DNA of 64,000 nucleotides from an uncultured Actinomycetota bacterium. GTDB lineage: Bacteria; Actinomycetota; Humimicrobiia; Humimicrobiales; Humimicrobiaceae. The position numbers and the translations under genes are program-made. The notes under the pieces are model-generated. The model saw only the letters and a list, made by a program, of their open reading frames with translations, was not told the DNA's origin and did no database searches. The stretch spans positions 6,960 to 70,959 of the forward strand of contig CAZSVM010000005.1 of NCBI GenBank assembly GCA_964610315.1. The letters run 5' to 3'. Below are positions 63,355-64,000 of this stretch, one piece after another. Each line of letters begins with the position of its first letter. Positions within the stretch are counted from its first letter, which is position 1.

Positions 63355-64000
63355 ATGTTTAAAGATAGAAAAGAAGCCGGCATAAAATTGGCATTGGAAC
63401 TGGATAAATATAAAAATCAGAATGCAGTGGTTCTGGCCATTCCCAGGGGAGGGGTTGAAGTTGGTTTGGAAGTAGCTGTATATCTAAACAGTGACTTCGA
63501 TATTCTGGTTTCCAGAAAATTACCCATACCCTATAATCCAGAAGCAGGTTTTGGTGCTATTGCAGAGGACGGCAGTGTTTATATAAATGAGGATGCCTCT
63601 CTATGGGTTGGGAAGGATGAGATAGAAAGGATAAAAAAGGAACAGATAAATGAAATAAAAAGAAGGATTAAAGTATTGCGAGGAGGCAAGCCATTGATTC
63701 CAGTGGAGCAAAGGGTAGTTATTTTAATAGATGATGGCCTGGCTATGGGTTCAACAATGCGAGCCTCCATTCGTTATTGTCGAAATAAAAATGCCGGCAA
63801 GATAATCACAGCCGTGCCTGTTTCGGGAAGGGATGTTTTTGATGAAATAAGACAGCTGGTCGATGAAGCTTATGTTTTGGAGATACCCTATAATTTTATG
63901 GCGGTAGCTCAGGCTTATCTGAATTGGACTGATGTAACCGATGAAGATGTAATAGAACTGATAGATAAGTGGAAGCTGCACACTAATCATAAATCACAAG
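63355..64000 (+). CDS. Phosphoribosyltransferase family protein (3'-truncated by the window; absent from the ORF track)
   Basis: MFKDRKEAG..LA, VLAIPRGGVEVG, RKLP.P.NPE.GFGA, ILIDDGLAMGSTM. Confidence 0.9.
   Translation, partial: MFKDRKEAGIKLALELDKYKNQNAVVLAIPRGGVEVGLEVAVYLNSDFDILVSRKLPIPYNPEAGFGAIAEDGSVYINEDASLWVGKDEIERIKKEQINEIKRRIKVLRGGKPLIPVEQRVVILIDDGLAMGSTMRASIRYCRNKNAGKIITAVPVSGRDVFDEIRQLVDEAYVLEIPYNFMAVAQAYLNWTDVTDEDVIELIDKWKLHTNHKSQ

Overview
AT-rich bacterial chromosome segment from an anaerobe-like organism. The RpoD C-terminus ([14 protein letters not shown]) and apparently leaderless genes suggest a low-GC Actinomycetota lineage, but this is inference. 1-12.98 kb is a housekeeping block: GNAT-era-deoC-recO-glyQ-glyS-ppdK-dnaG-rpoD-tRNA-Asn(GTT). 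The main unexplained structure is 12.98-27.56 kb. Directly downstream of tRNA-Asn is an array of about 10 small gene units (0.12-3 kb) with no integrase. They are separated by nine ~29-bp sites that copy the tRNA 3' end (GTCC-N5-GGGGAGCCA) and by one decayed tRNA-Asn copy. On the minus strand most sites begin a conserved orphan peptide, W-L-P-x-x-D-x-F-R-T, with synonymous variation between copies, whereas the tRNA itself reads W-L-P-E-stop. This suggests att sites lying inside the 3' end of a recombinase gene, forming an integron-like, tRNA-anchored cassette array. Cargo includes an ABC exporter, an HTH/nucleotidyltransferase pair, an RRM protein with a second rpoD and pseudo-tRNA, a radical SAM pair, DUF4153, an epimerase, a GH99-like hydrolase, an orphan antitoxin and a methyltransferase. 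An IS3 remnant and a frameshifted purA follow. The remainder carries accessory metabolism, zinc uptake, c-di-GMP signalling, an oxidative-stress set (DPSL, Dfx, FprA, SOR-like, Bcp) and a duplicated ~90-bp palindrome-containing promoter.
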